Positions 49,226 to 57,532 of a DNA stretch of 64,000 nucleotides are shown in pieces. Origin of the DNA: a virus (Duplodnaviria; Caudoviricetes); IMG/VR virus record IMGVR_UViG_3300028886_000028, positions 224,001 to 288,000 of that record. One strand, 5' to 3'. A program made the translations under genes and the position numbers. How positions within the stretch are numbered: the first letter of the stretch is position 1; each line of letters begins with the position of its first letter. The notes under the pieces were generated by a model that was given only the letters and a program-made list of their open reading frames with translations, made no database searches and was not told where the DNA came from.

Positions 49226-49430
49226 GCTGTGCATCAGTGGTCCAGAGTGGTGCGCGGCTGCTACGCAAGGAAATATTCGAATAATGGTAATGCGTAGAAA
49301 ATCCCGGGCCGATGGATAGGAACGGAGAGCACCTGGTAGAGTGCGAAAGTGCGCGAAGGCGTTTACGGGTAGCTTAATGGTGTCGGTTAAGGCTTACGAT
49401 AGCCTTGTTTCATATTAGGTGATGTACAGC
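49226..49430 (+). ncRNA. unknown GC-rich structured RNA
   Basis: 11-bp closing helix gctgtgcatca/tgatgtacagc; internal hairpins. Confidence 0.55.
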
Positions 49431-49523
49431 CCTTTTATGGAAAAGTTATGAGGGTATATTAACTTAATGTTACGTTATGCCCTCATTTTTTTTATTTTAG
49501 TCTAACTAAAAATTTTATATCAT

Positions 49524-49769
49524 ATGGCGCAAAAGAAATTTTCTGAAATGGATATGATTATGATGGAACTACAGAAAATCGGAAACGATGAATTTATGTT
49601 GGGGTTCCAATATCCAGGGAACACTTTGGAAGAAGTTTTAACTGAAGCAATAAAAAAATTGCAGGATTATCTGGAAAACAATAAAGAAAATAAAGACAAA
49701 GTTTCTCCTTATGGCTACAGAATAAATCTTGAGCTTTTTAAAAAGGGAGAGCCAAAAAATATTTTCTAG
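49524..49769 (+). CDS. hypothetical protein
   Basis: 81 aa ORF. Confidence 0.55.
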   Translation: MAQKKFSEMDMIMMELQKIGNDEFMLGFQYPGNTLEEVLTEAIKKLQDYLENNKENKDKVSPYGYRINLELFKKGEPKNIF

Positions 49770-49818
49770 GTGTATTTTCCTATCATAATTTGATATTTAT
49801 TAAAAATATTCAAATAAC

Positions 49819-50319
49819 ATGATAGGTTCATTACATACAATGAGTTATCTTAAACCTTGCAATGTTTTTTTAAAATTTTTTGCAAGGTTTAAAAGGACTC
49901 AAACAGTTAATATAAAAGAGCAGTATGAAAAATACAATATAAGGGTGTTTGACTTTCATATATACTTTGTTGGAATAAATGGCAAAGCCATTTTTAAATA
50001 CAGTGGTATAAAATACGAAATATCTTCTATGTACAAAATATTCAATTATTTAGAATACGTTGGCAATTCTTATGTTAGAATTGTATTAGAAGATAATGGT
50101 GAGAAAATCACAGAAAACGATAGGCTTTTACTTGAAAAACGTTTTATTGATTATTGTAAGATAATAGAGACTATATATCCCAGAATAAAATTTTTCGGAG
50201 GGTATAGAGAATATGATTCAAACATGTTATATAGATTTAAAAATGACGCTCCTAATGATTTAATCTTTTATAAAAGAGTTGATAAATTAAATAAATTCGC
50301 CGGTGGGGGAGTGGTTTAA
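49819..50319 (+). CDS. PI-PLC X-domain-like protein (degenerate)
   Basis: IGSLHTMSY..TQTVNIKEQYE..IRVFDF resembles the PLC-X N-terminus. Confidence 0.45.
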   Translation: MIGSLHTMSYLKPCNVFLKFFARFKRTQTVNIKEQYEKYNIRVFDFHIYFVGINGKAIFKYSGIKYEISSMYKIFNYLEYVGNSYVRIVLEDNGEKITENDRLLLEKRFIDYCKIIETIYPRIKFFGGYREYDSNMLYRFKNDAPNDLIFYKRVDKLNKFAGGGVV

Positions 50320-50384
50320 CCCAGCAGTCTCCAAAACTGCCGTAGCTTAGGCTACCGCATGTTCGAATCGTGCCCGGCGAGCCA
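50297..50384 (+). tRNA. tRNA with CCA (Trp) anticodon and long variable arm
   Basis: gcagt-ctccaaa-actgc; gtagc/gctac arm; GCCA end. Confidence 0.85.
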
Positions 50385-50389
50385 TTTAC

Positions 50390-50466
50390 GGCGTGATAGC
50401 TCAGTTGGTCAGAGCAACAGACTCATATTCTGTGGGCCGTAAGTTCGAATCTTACTCACGCTACCA
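50390..50466 (+). tRNA. tRNA-Met/Ile2(CAT)
   Basis: acaga-ctcatat-tctgt; ACCA end. Confidence 0.88.
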
Positions 50467-50578
50467 AGGGAACTTACAGCAAGTATTCATCGTGAAGGAA
50501 TGGTCTACTTGAAAGTCTTAAGAGCTTTTGTGCGTAAGCACTTGTGGGTTCGAATCCCACCGAAAATAAAAGTTCCCT
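50467..50578 (+). ncRNA. ACAGCAA cassette 10 with acceptor-less tRNA-Leu(TAA) body
   Basis: agggaactt/aagttccct; aaagt-cttaaga-gcttt, variable arm gtgc/gcac, T-arm. Confidence 0.85.
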
Positions 50579-50728
50579 AATTTCTCCATTTTAATAATTT
50601 TAATATTGCAGTGCGTTTTTTTTTAAAAATGCACCGCAATTTTAGTTTAACTATTATTAACTATTATAATTTTGTTTTTCAATGTTTTTTTTGTATATTA
50701 CATATAATAAAACGAATTTAGTTTAAGT

Positions 50729-51118
50729 ATGACAATAGAAAAATTATTAAAAAGGTTTATGAAAGAAAATGGCATTTATGGAACAGAGTTATCAAAGGAT
50801 GCACTTATTTTTTTATTAAACCACGGCGAAGCAATGATGCCTTTTAATTCTTTTATATGGAGAAATACATTACAAGGCCATAATTACTGGTATGAAAAAG
50901 CCCTAAAGTGGGTTATTTGTTTATACGAAAATTATGAAAATATAAATTTAGCAGAAAAAGAAAAAAAATCTTTGTCTCTTGATGCGTTAATGATAAGTTG
51001 TTATAATTTACTTAAATATTATTGCTTAGAAGAAGAAAAAAAGGAAAATTTAATGAAAATTGATGCATATAATAAAGTTACTGAACTATATCATAAACTT
51101 CACAGCGAATCCCATTAA
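50729..51118 (+). CDS. hypothetical protein (RFxKE family)
   Basis: LLKRFMKENGIY ... FIWRNTLQGHNYW. Confidence 0.6.
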   Translation: MTIEKLLKRFMKENGIYGTELSKDALIFLLNHGEAMMPFNSFIWRNTLQGHNYWYEKALKWVICLYENYENINLAEKEKKSLSLDALMISCYNLLKYYCLEEEKKENLMKIDAYNKVTELYHKLHSESH

Positions 51119-51215
51119 CAATTGATTTTTGTCAAGTATTGGCATAAAAAAACGCATAACACATCGTTTTTTTTCTTTATTATATTATTTTTATGTATAT
51201 TTGCAGCGTGAAAAG

Positions 51216-51650
51216 ATGGAGAAACATATAAAAATTATTACAAGGTTATTTAAAGAAGCAGGTGTATTTCCTAGTAAACAATATCGTCATATCATCAATT
51301 ATATAGAAGAAAAAAAATGTTGCGTTTTTTACGGAAGAGACGACATTAGTTATGGAAAATTAGGTGTTGAATATGAAATTAAATTTTTAAAATTACAATT
51401 TGACATTGTAAAAAAATTAATTGAATATGATTTATTAACAATACCTGAATATAATATTATACTATTTGACACAATAGGTAGATATGACATTAGATTTGCA
51501 AGCGAAGATTATAATAAATGGTACAGAGTTGCAAAAGAAACAAATAAAAAAGAGTTCGTTGATTATTTTTTTAACGTATATGAGGATAAAATTGGTAGCA
51601 TTAAAGAAAGCAAAAAAGTATCTGTAAGGATGGGCTTGCCAAGGGATTAA
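51216..51650 (+). CDS. hypothetical protein
   Basis: ATG after early promoter; ITRLFKEAGVF. Confidence 0.55.
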   Translation: MEKHIKIITRLFKEAGVFPSKQYRHIINYIEEKKCCVFYGRDDISYGKLGVEYEIKFLKLQFDIVKKLIEYDLLTIPEYNIILFDTIGRYDIRFASEDYNKWYRVAKETNKKEFVDYFFNVYEDKIGSIKESKKVSVRMGLPRD

Positions 51651-51819
51651 CCTTGGCTTTTTAAAAGAAAAAACTTGTGTGCGCACACATTTATTTGATG
51701 TAAGTCAAAAAAACAGCCTTTACACATAAAAATACCTGTGAAAATGGTTGCATAATAAAAAATAGTGATATATATTAATTGAAGTGTAATAATAATTAGT
51801 GATTTAAAAGTGCAAAAAG

Positions 51820-52188
51820 ATGAAAAAGATTATTTTAGCAGTAGCGATGTTACTGGCTACTAATATCACTGCTATAGCAGAGGATAAAAACAGTAACGAA
51901 ATTAATATGGTTGAGGCATATGATATTAAAGTTAATATCAACAGCTTGGCAAAGTGTTTAGGTCTTTCTCGTGACCAAATTGGGTCTGTAGAAGACGTAC
52001 AGAAAATATTCTCTGAATGCTTAAAAGGCGCAGCCTTTTGTGATAGTGAAGAACTTCGTAAGAAAATGGTAAACAATGTTATAAACTATGATTTAAAGCA
52101 TATGAAATACATTCTTACGGAAGAACAGTATAGGAAATATTTATCGTTATTAAACGCAACACTTAACAATCGTGGAATAGAAAGATAA
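51820..52188 (+). CDS. secreted hypothetical protein
   Basis: Signal peptide MKKIILAVAMLLATNITAIA. Confidence 0.65.
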   Translation: MKKIILAVAMLLATNITAIAEDKNSNEINMVEAYDIKVNINSLAKCLGLSRDQIGSVEDVQKIFSECLKGAAFCDSEELRKKMVNNVINYDLKHMKYILTEEQYRKYLSLLNATLNNRGIER

Positions 52189-52339
52189 GAAAAATAAAAT
52201 TAGTGAAATGTAGTGCAAATACATTTATCCGGTAAGCATTCATTGAATATATTAAAAAGCTCACATTTATTGTGGGCTTTTTTTTGTTTTTTCATATTTT
52301 TTTTGTATATTTGTGAAAAAGTTAAAAAACCATAAAGAT

Positions 52340-52792
52340 ATGATTGACATTAATAAAGAAATTGCAGTGGCAATGAAGAATAGAGACAAGGAGAGATTGG
52401 ATACCTTGAAATTAATTAAAACAGAGTTGGTTAAAGTAGAAAAATCAGGAGTAATAATTGATGAAGCGAAAGAAGTTAACACTCTTCTTAAAATGATTGA
52501 CCAACGGAAAGAATCTATTGTCCAATATTTAAAAGGTGGAAGAAATGATTTGGCAGAATGTGAGCAGAAAGAAATAGACATTATTAAGCAATACATACCT
52601 GAGCAGCCAACTGATGAGGAAATAGAGAAATATACAGAAGACTCTATTAATGCTTATATAGAGCAAAATGATGCGGATTATAAAATTTCAATGAAAGATA
52701 TGAAATCTATTTTGTCTATGGTTCAAGAGAAATATCCAACCGCAAATGGAAAAATTGTTTCTAAAGTATTAAAGGAAAAAATAAATAACTAA
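52340..52792 (+). CDS. GatB/YqeY domain protein
   Basis: AMKNRDKERLDTLKLIK, QRKESI..Y..GGRNDLA..E..EI. Confidence 0.88.
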   Translation: MIDINKEIAVAMKNRDKERLDTLKLIKTELVKVEKSGVIIDEAKEVNTLLKMIDQRKESIVQYLKGGRNDLAECEQKEIDIIKQYIPEQPTDEEIEKYTEDSINAYIEQNDADYKISMKDMKSILSMVQEKYPTANGKIVSKVLKEKINN

Positions 52793-52796
52793 TATC

Positions 52797-53591
52797 ATGG
52801 CAGATTCAACAAAGGTAATTAAAAGTGTAAACTATAATCAACATGCAATCATTCGTGATATTATTGAGTTGCATAATAACGGCAAGCCTTTTGATTGCGA
52901 TATTACTTATAGCATAGGTAATTTTTATGGGAATTTTAAACGTACAATACAAGAAAAACAAAATGATGGAAGCATAATAGAGAAACAAGAAGAATTTGAA
53001 ATACCGCAGCCTAAATATAAGTTTGATGTTGACCCGCAAGTAGAAGGAGTTGAAAAAATTGACCCTTGGGGACCGATTCCGTTGCCTGACAATAGTATTG
53101 ATAGTATGATGGTAGATTTACCATTTGTCATCGGACCAAGGGATTGTGCTTCAATGATAAACAAAAAAGAGGGTAGTAATGTTATTGGAAAGCGGTTTTC
53201 AAGTTATTATCCTCGTCATGAAATGTTCGAATCGTATGAACATTGGCTAAAAGAATCATATAGAGTGTTAAAGCCAGGAGGTGTTCTTGTTTGGAAGAGT
53301 CAGCCTGTTATATCAGGAGGTATAAATCTTATGACAAGTTATTATTCTTGTAGAGTAGCAGAAGATTTGGGATTTTATATTAAAGATGAATTTGTGTTGG
53401 TTGCAAAACAAAGATTAATATCAGGAAAAGTTAAAAACCAAATGCACTCAAGAAGATACCATTCTTTTTTCCATGTATTTGTTAAGGATGACCCTAAGAG
53501 AGATAAAACAAATTACTGGAAAAGGGAATTTATGGAAAAAAATAAGGAGATTGCTATAAAAACTCCAATTACAGATGCAGACATGAAGTGA
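52797..53591 (+). CDS. DNA methyltransferase-like protein
   Basis: DITYSIGNFY, VDLPF, RVLKPGGVLVWK. Confidence 0.7.
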   Translation: MADSTKVIKSVNYNQHAIIRDIIELHNNGKPFDCDITYSIGNFYGNFKRTIQEKQNDGSIIEKQEEFEIPQPKYKFDVDPQVEGVEKIDPWGPIPLPDNSIDSMMVDLPFVIGPRDCASMINKKEGSNVIGKRFSSYYPRHEMFESYEHWLKESYRVLKPGGVLVWKSQPVISGGINLMTSYYSCRVAEDLGFYIKDEFVLVAKQRLISGKVKNQMHSRRYHSFFHVFVKDDPKRDKTNYWKREFMEKNKEIAIKTPITDADMK

Positions 53592-54367
53592 AATTTTTAA
53601 CAGAAGAAGAAATAAAATGGAAAGGCGTAGATTATTATGTTTCGTTAAAAAAGAAGTGGAATAAAGATGAATATGGCAAATATTGGCAAAGAATTTATTC
53701 TGGTAAGCCTTCAGTAGGGGCTATGGTATATCTTTGTGATAAATGGAAACCTGAATCTTATGAAGATTTTTTTAATATGTATATTACAAATTATTCAGGA
53801 AATGATAAAATACATAGAGGAAGAAGTTTAGAAGAACTAGAAAATATTGCAGTTAATTGGCAAAAAGATACCGGAGATTATAATACTCCTTTATCTGAAT
53901 ATTTTGATGCTATAATATTGCATACTATAGTTGAAACATATGCCGGCAATGATTTTGAGAAAAAAGCCATACAAGCAATGTTAGACACAAAAAAATTTAT
54001 TATAGAAAAAAGTTCTGATGAAGAAGATTCTGCCATGAGCATTGATTTTAAAGTGTTTAATCTTGAACATAAATTATTGTATTTTATACAGGTGAAGCCA
54101 ATATCTTTTATTACTAGTGATAAATTACATACATTTAAAGACAGAGTTAATGCTTTTGAAAAGCATAAAAAGGGTAATGAAATATATCCGGGAATACCAT
54201 ATTATTATCTTGTATATGATGCTTATACTAATAAATGGGTAGTAAATCCAAATAAAAATAGATGCTTATTTAAATACGATGAATTAGTAAAATCAAATGG
54301 AGAGCCACAAAGAAGCAAATATATAATGCAAAAATACGAAAGCGAAACATTATTTAACAATAATTAA
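53588..54367 (+). CDS. restriction endonuclease-like protein (MjaI-like PD-(D/E)XK)
   Basis: ETYAG..E, SIDF..FIQVKPISF. Confidence 0.55.
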   Translation: MKFLTEEEIKWKGVDYYVSLKKKWNKDEYGKYWQRIYSGKPSVGAMVYLCDKWKPESYEDFFNMYITNYSGNDKIHRGRSLEELENIAVNWQKDTGDYNTPLSEYFDAIILHTIVETYAGNDFEKKAIQAMLDTKKFIIEKSSDEEDSAMSIDFKVFNLEHKLLYFIQVKPISFITSDKLHTFKDRVNAFEKHKKGNEIYPGIPYYYLVYDAYTNKWVVNPNKNRCLFKYDELVKSNGEPQRSKYIMQKYESETLFNNN

Positions 54368-54427
54368 CACGAAATATTTGTTTGTTTCGTGTTTTTTTTG
54401 TACTTTTGCATTCGTTATTAATATAAT

Positions 54428-54709
54428 ATGGTAATGTTAGCAATTGATGAAAGTAGAAAAGAGGTTTTTAAACGATTTACTCGTTTTTTAAAAGAAAATA
54501 AAGTATATTACAGATATTTTTCAATTTTAAAAGAATGCCCAAACGGAGATTTTCAACATTTTTATAACGGAAGTATAGAATATTTTTTTAATAACTGTGG
54601 CTATTATGATTGGTTAAATTCTTGTTTTATTTGGACTATGTATTCAAAATACGCTGATTGGTCAGATTTATGCTGTAAATGGAGAAAAGACTATTCTTTT
54701 TTAGCATGA
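54428..54709 (+). CDS. hypothetical protein (RFLKE family)
   Basis: FTRFLKENKVY ... CFIW. Confidence 0.6.
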   Translation: MVMLAIDESRKEVFKRFTRFLKENKVYYRYFSILKECPNGDFQHFYNGSIEYFFNNCGYYDWLNSCFIWTMYSKYADWSDLCCKWRKDYSFLA

Positions 54710-55491
54710 GATATAGTGGTAGTAAGGCTAAAATAGCAAAATACATAATTCCTTTTATAATGAAGGAATTAAAACCAGGTTTTAAATATGTAGAACCATT
54801 TGTAGGTGGCTGTAATGTAATTGATAAGGTTGATTGGAAGTGTAAGTACGGCTACGACACCAATAATTACGTTATTTCCTTATGGAATGCGATGAAAATG
54901 GGTTTATTTGGCAACATTCCGAAGGAAGTTACAGAGGAAGAATATAGCAAAATGAAAGAATTAGCTAGGAATAATAGTTGCTCTGTTAAATATCCACGCT
55001 ATATTATAGGATATGTTGGTAACGCATGTTCATATGGTTCTGCTTGGTTCAATGGCTATGCAAAATTTAACGAAAAACGTGGAGAAGACCATATAAAAGA
55101 GGCATATAATGGTTTTAGAAAACAGGTATTTTGGTTTGAACATTTACATGACACGTATTTTATCACCGCTGATTATAAAACAGCAATTGCACTTGAAACT
55201 GGCTTAGGAAGCAATAAAAACGTTGTAATATATTGTGACCCCCCATATAGAGGTACTAAAGGCTATAAAGATGGAAATTTTAACAGTGATGAATTTTGGG
55301 ACTTTATAAGAGAATATTCAAAACTCGGCATTAAAATATTTGTATCTGAATATGAAGCACCTGACGATTTTAAATGTATATGGAGTGCTGAAAGAAAAGA
55401 TGGTATGGCTACAACAAAATGCGGTTGCAAGCAAAAAACAAAAATAGAAAAATTATTTGTGTATAACGGTATAAATTTAAATGAAATATAA
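54706..55491 (+). CDS. Dam-like (D12 class) N6-adenine methyltransferase
   Basis: RYSGSK, YVEPFVGG, YCDPPY, VSEY. Confidence 0.9.
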   Translation: MRYSGSKAKIAKYIIPFIMKELKPGFKYVEPFVGGCNVIDKVDWKCKYGYDTNNYVISLWNAMKMGLFGNIPKEVTEEEYSKMKELARNNSCSVKYPRYIIGYVGNACSYGSAWFNGYAKFNEKRGEDHIKEAYNGFRKQVFWFEHLHDTYFITADYKTAIALETGLGSNKNVVIYCDPPYRGTKGYKDGNFNSDEFWDFIREYSKLGIKIFVSEYEAPDDFKCIWSAERKDGMATTKCGCKQKTKIEKLFVYNGINLNEI

Positions 55492-55493
55492 TT

Positions 55494-56057
55494 ATGTTAG
55501 AGAAGTTAAAAAGTTTTTTCACGAAAAAGAACTATAATACTAATTTTTCCACTGTTAACCAACCATGTTTCAACAAAGACGGAAAATTTTTAGGTTGGTT
55601 TAGTCGTTCAATGGCAACTGCAATGTTCTTTTTCTGTAGGGATAAAGAAAACAATTTGTATGTTCTAGCGTCAGAAAGAGGTAAAGGAGCAGCTGATTTC
55701 CAAGGTTATTGGAATTGTCCATGCGGCTATCTTGATTTCAATGAAACAACAAAGCAATGCGCAATACGTGAGCTTGAAGAGGAAACAGGTATTGGAGTTT
55801 CAGAGGATATTGTGAGGTTCATTGCTTACGAGGATGACCCTATTACTGCAAATCATCAAAACGTTACGTTTAGGTTTGGGGCATATGACCCAGATAACAC
55901 TATTGAAAATTTGTCAAGTTTTTCCAAAAAGCATAATGAAAAAGATGAAGTAGGGCAGATTGCTTGGATTCCTGTTAATAACATTGATAAATACCAATGG
56001 GCATTTAATCATAAAACAAGAATAGTTGAGATTGCTCGTGAAATGCAGTTGATTTAA
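55494..56057 (+). CDS. Nudix hydrolase
   Basis: GYLDFNETTKQCAIRELEEETGI Nudix box. Confidence 0.9.
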   Translation: MLEKLKSFFTKKNYNTNFSTVNQPCFNKDGKFLGWFSRSMATAMFFFCRDKENNLYVLASERGKGAADFQGYWNCPCGYLDFNETTKQCAIRELEEETGIGVSEDIVRFIAYEDDPITANHQNVTFRFGAYDPDNTIENLSSFSKKHNEKDEVGQIAWIPVNNIDKYQWAFNHKTRIVEIAREMQLI

Positions 56058-56188
56058 ATCAAAATGATGTTGAAAAACGAAAAAATAATTATATTTATTT
56101 TTGTTTTATAATATTTATTTGTATATTTGCATAGATTTAAAACAATAAATAATAATAACAAATTGTTTAATTAAAAAAAAAGAAAGAA

Positions 56189-56356
56189 ATGAAAAAGTTA
56201 GTTTTTATGGCATGCTTTATGGCTATTGCTTCATTTATGGCATGCGGCAACAAAACAGAAGCAAGCGTTTCTAATGCCGACAGTGACACTGTAGTGGTAG
56301 ATTCTCTGGATACACTTGTTGTAGATTCACTTGATTCAATTGCTGTAAGTGAATAA
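56189..56356 (+). CDS. 55-aa lipoprotein (missed by ORF track)
   Basis: MKKLVFMACFMAIASFMA|CGNK lipobox; DT/DS repeats. Confidence 0.8.
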   Translation: MKKLVFMACFMAIASFMACGNKTEASVSNADSDTVVVDSLDTLVVDSLDSIAVSE

Positions 56357-56511
56357 AAAAATCAGCACACAACAATGTTAATTGTGTGCTGTTTACTTTG
56401 GCCAATTTAATGGTAAAAACAATAATTTAACATTATTTAACGTGAGATATTTGCGTATCTCACGTTTTTTTTGTATCTTTGCATAGAATAATGTATAATT
56501 TATAAATAACA

Positions 56512-56856
56512 ATGAATGAAAGTATTACATTAAGCAAAACAGAAATACTATCTCGTGCAAAAAGCAAATGGGATGGCGAAAGCAATGCTAATAGAGTAAG
56601 GGCAGGTTCAAAATATCAACATTTTATTGATAAGTTTAAACTTAACGTTAATGATTGGGAAAATGACTTTGAACGCCTTTCCAAGCATCAGCAAAACTTG
56701 ATAGTAAAGGGAGAATTAATAAGGACTTATGATTCTTTACCCAATTCTGTTAAGACTAAAATTATGCTTGATTTTGGCTTATCATCATTTTCAAGTAAGT
56801 GGTATAGAATGTCTAGTAAAGATAAAAAAATTTTACTTAATTACGTTATAAAATGA
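56512..56856 (+). CDS. hypothetical protein
   Basis: 114 aa, internal repeat ending in LS/MSxxxK/Q. Confidence 0.6.
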   Translation: MNESITLSKTEILSRAKSKWDGESNANRVRAGSKYQHFIDKFKLNVNDWENDFERLSKHQQNLIVKGELIRTYDSLPNSVKTKIMLDFGLSSFSSKWYRMSSKDKKILLNYVIK

Positions 56857-57092
56857 AAAAAGACTATACCCGTGATTTCAACGACATAGCATATTTTATC
56901 GACCACGTTAATGATATAGACGCAAGGGTTGATGTGTTACAGAAACTAGGGTATAAAATAGGAGTTGATATTGTAACAAAAGAAACCAATGTGGTTAAAA
57001 GGGTTATTAAAGGAAAACGCGGAGAACTAAGAGTTCAAATAGCCCCAGCCCCTAAAGGACTACCATTAGCAAAATGTGTAATATTAGAATGA
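56853..57092 (+). CDS. hypothetical protein
   Basis: 79 aa coupled ORF. Confidence 0.6.
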   Translation: MKKDYTRDFNDIAYFIDHVNDIDARVDVLQKLGYKIGVDIVTKETNVVKRVIKGKRGELRVQIAPAPKGLPLAKCVILE

Positions 57093-57445
57093 ATAAAAAA
57101 CTTACTGAAATTCTCACTGCTTGGAAAGAAAAGTATGGAGAAAATATGAGCGTTTATCCGGACGAACGCATTGCTGAAATAGCAACAAATTGTATGTCGT
57201 TAGCACAAGTCTGGCTTGAAAGCATAAAAAACGTGAAAAACATATCTTTGGAACTCAGTTTATATAATAAAGATAATGTTTTATGTGATATACTTCATGG
57301 CATAAATGATGATAATTTGGTTGAAACAATGTTAGATATTTTGGTTAATAAACACGAAAAATATTCTAAAATATCTCTCAATTATTATTCTTATGTTAAT
57401 GGAAGTAAAAGAGAAGGTTTGGTGGGAGAAATGGATATTAGTTAA
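57089..57445 (+). CDS. hypothetical protein
   Basis: ATGA overlap with upstream stop. Confidence 0.55.
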   Translation: MNKKLTEILTAWKEKYGENMSVYPDERIAEIATNCMSLAQVWLESIKNVKNISLELSLYNKDNVLCDILHGINDDNLVETMLDILVNKHEKYSKISLNYYSYVNGSKREGLVGEMDIS

Positions 57446-57532
57446 AAAAGATTAAAAAAAACAATTAGATTTTTCTATTAAGAATATTTTTTGTACATTT
57501 GCAGCAAAACATAAAATTTAACATAGTATAAA

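Noticed and set aside
32405-50578. ACAGCAA repeats as a CRISPR array
   Set aside because: Copies are dispersed over 18 kb, vary in sequence with covarying stems, and have no regular spacers.
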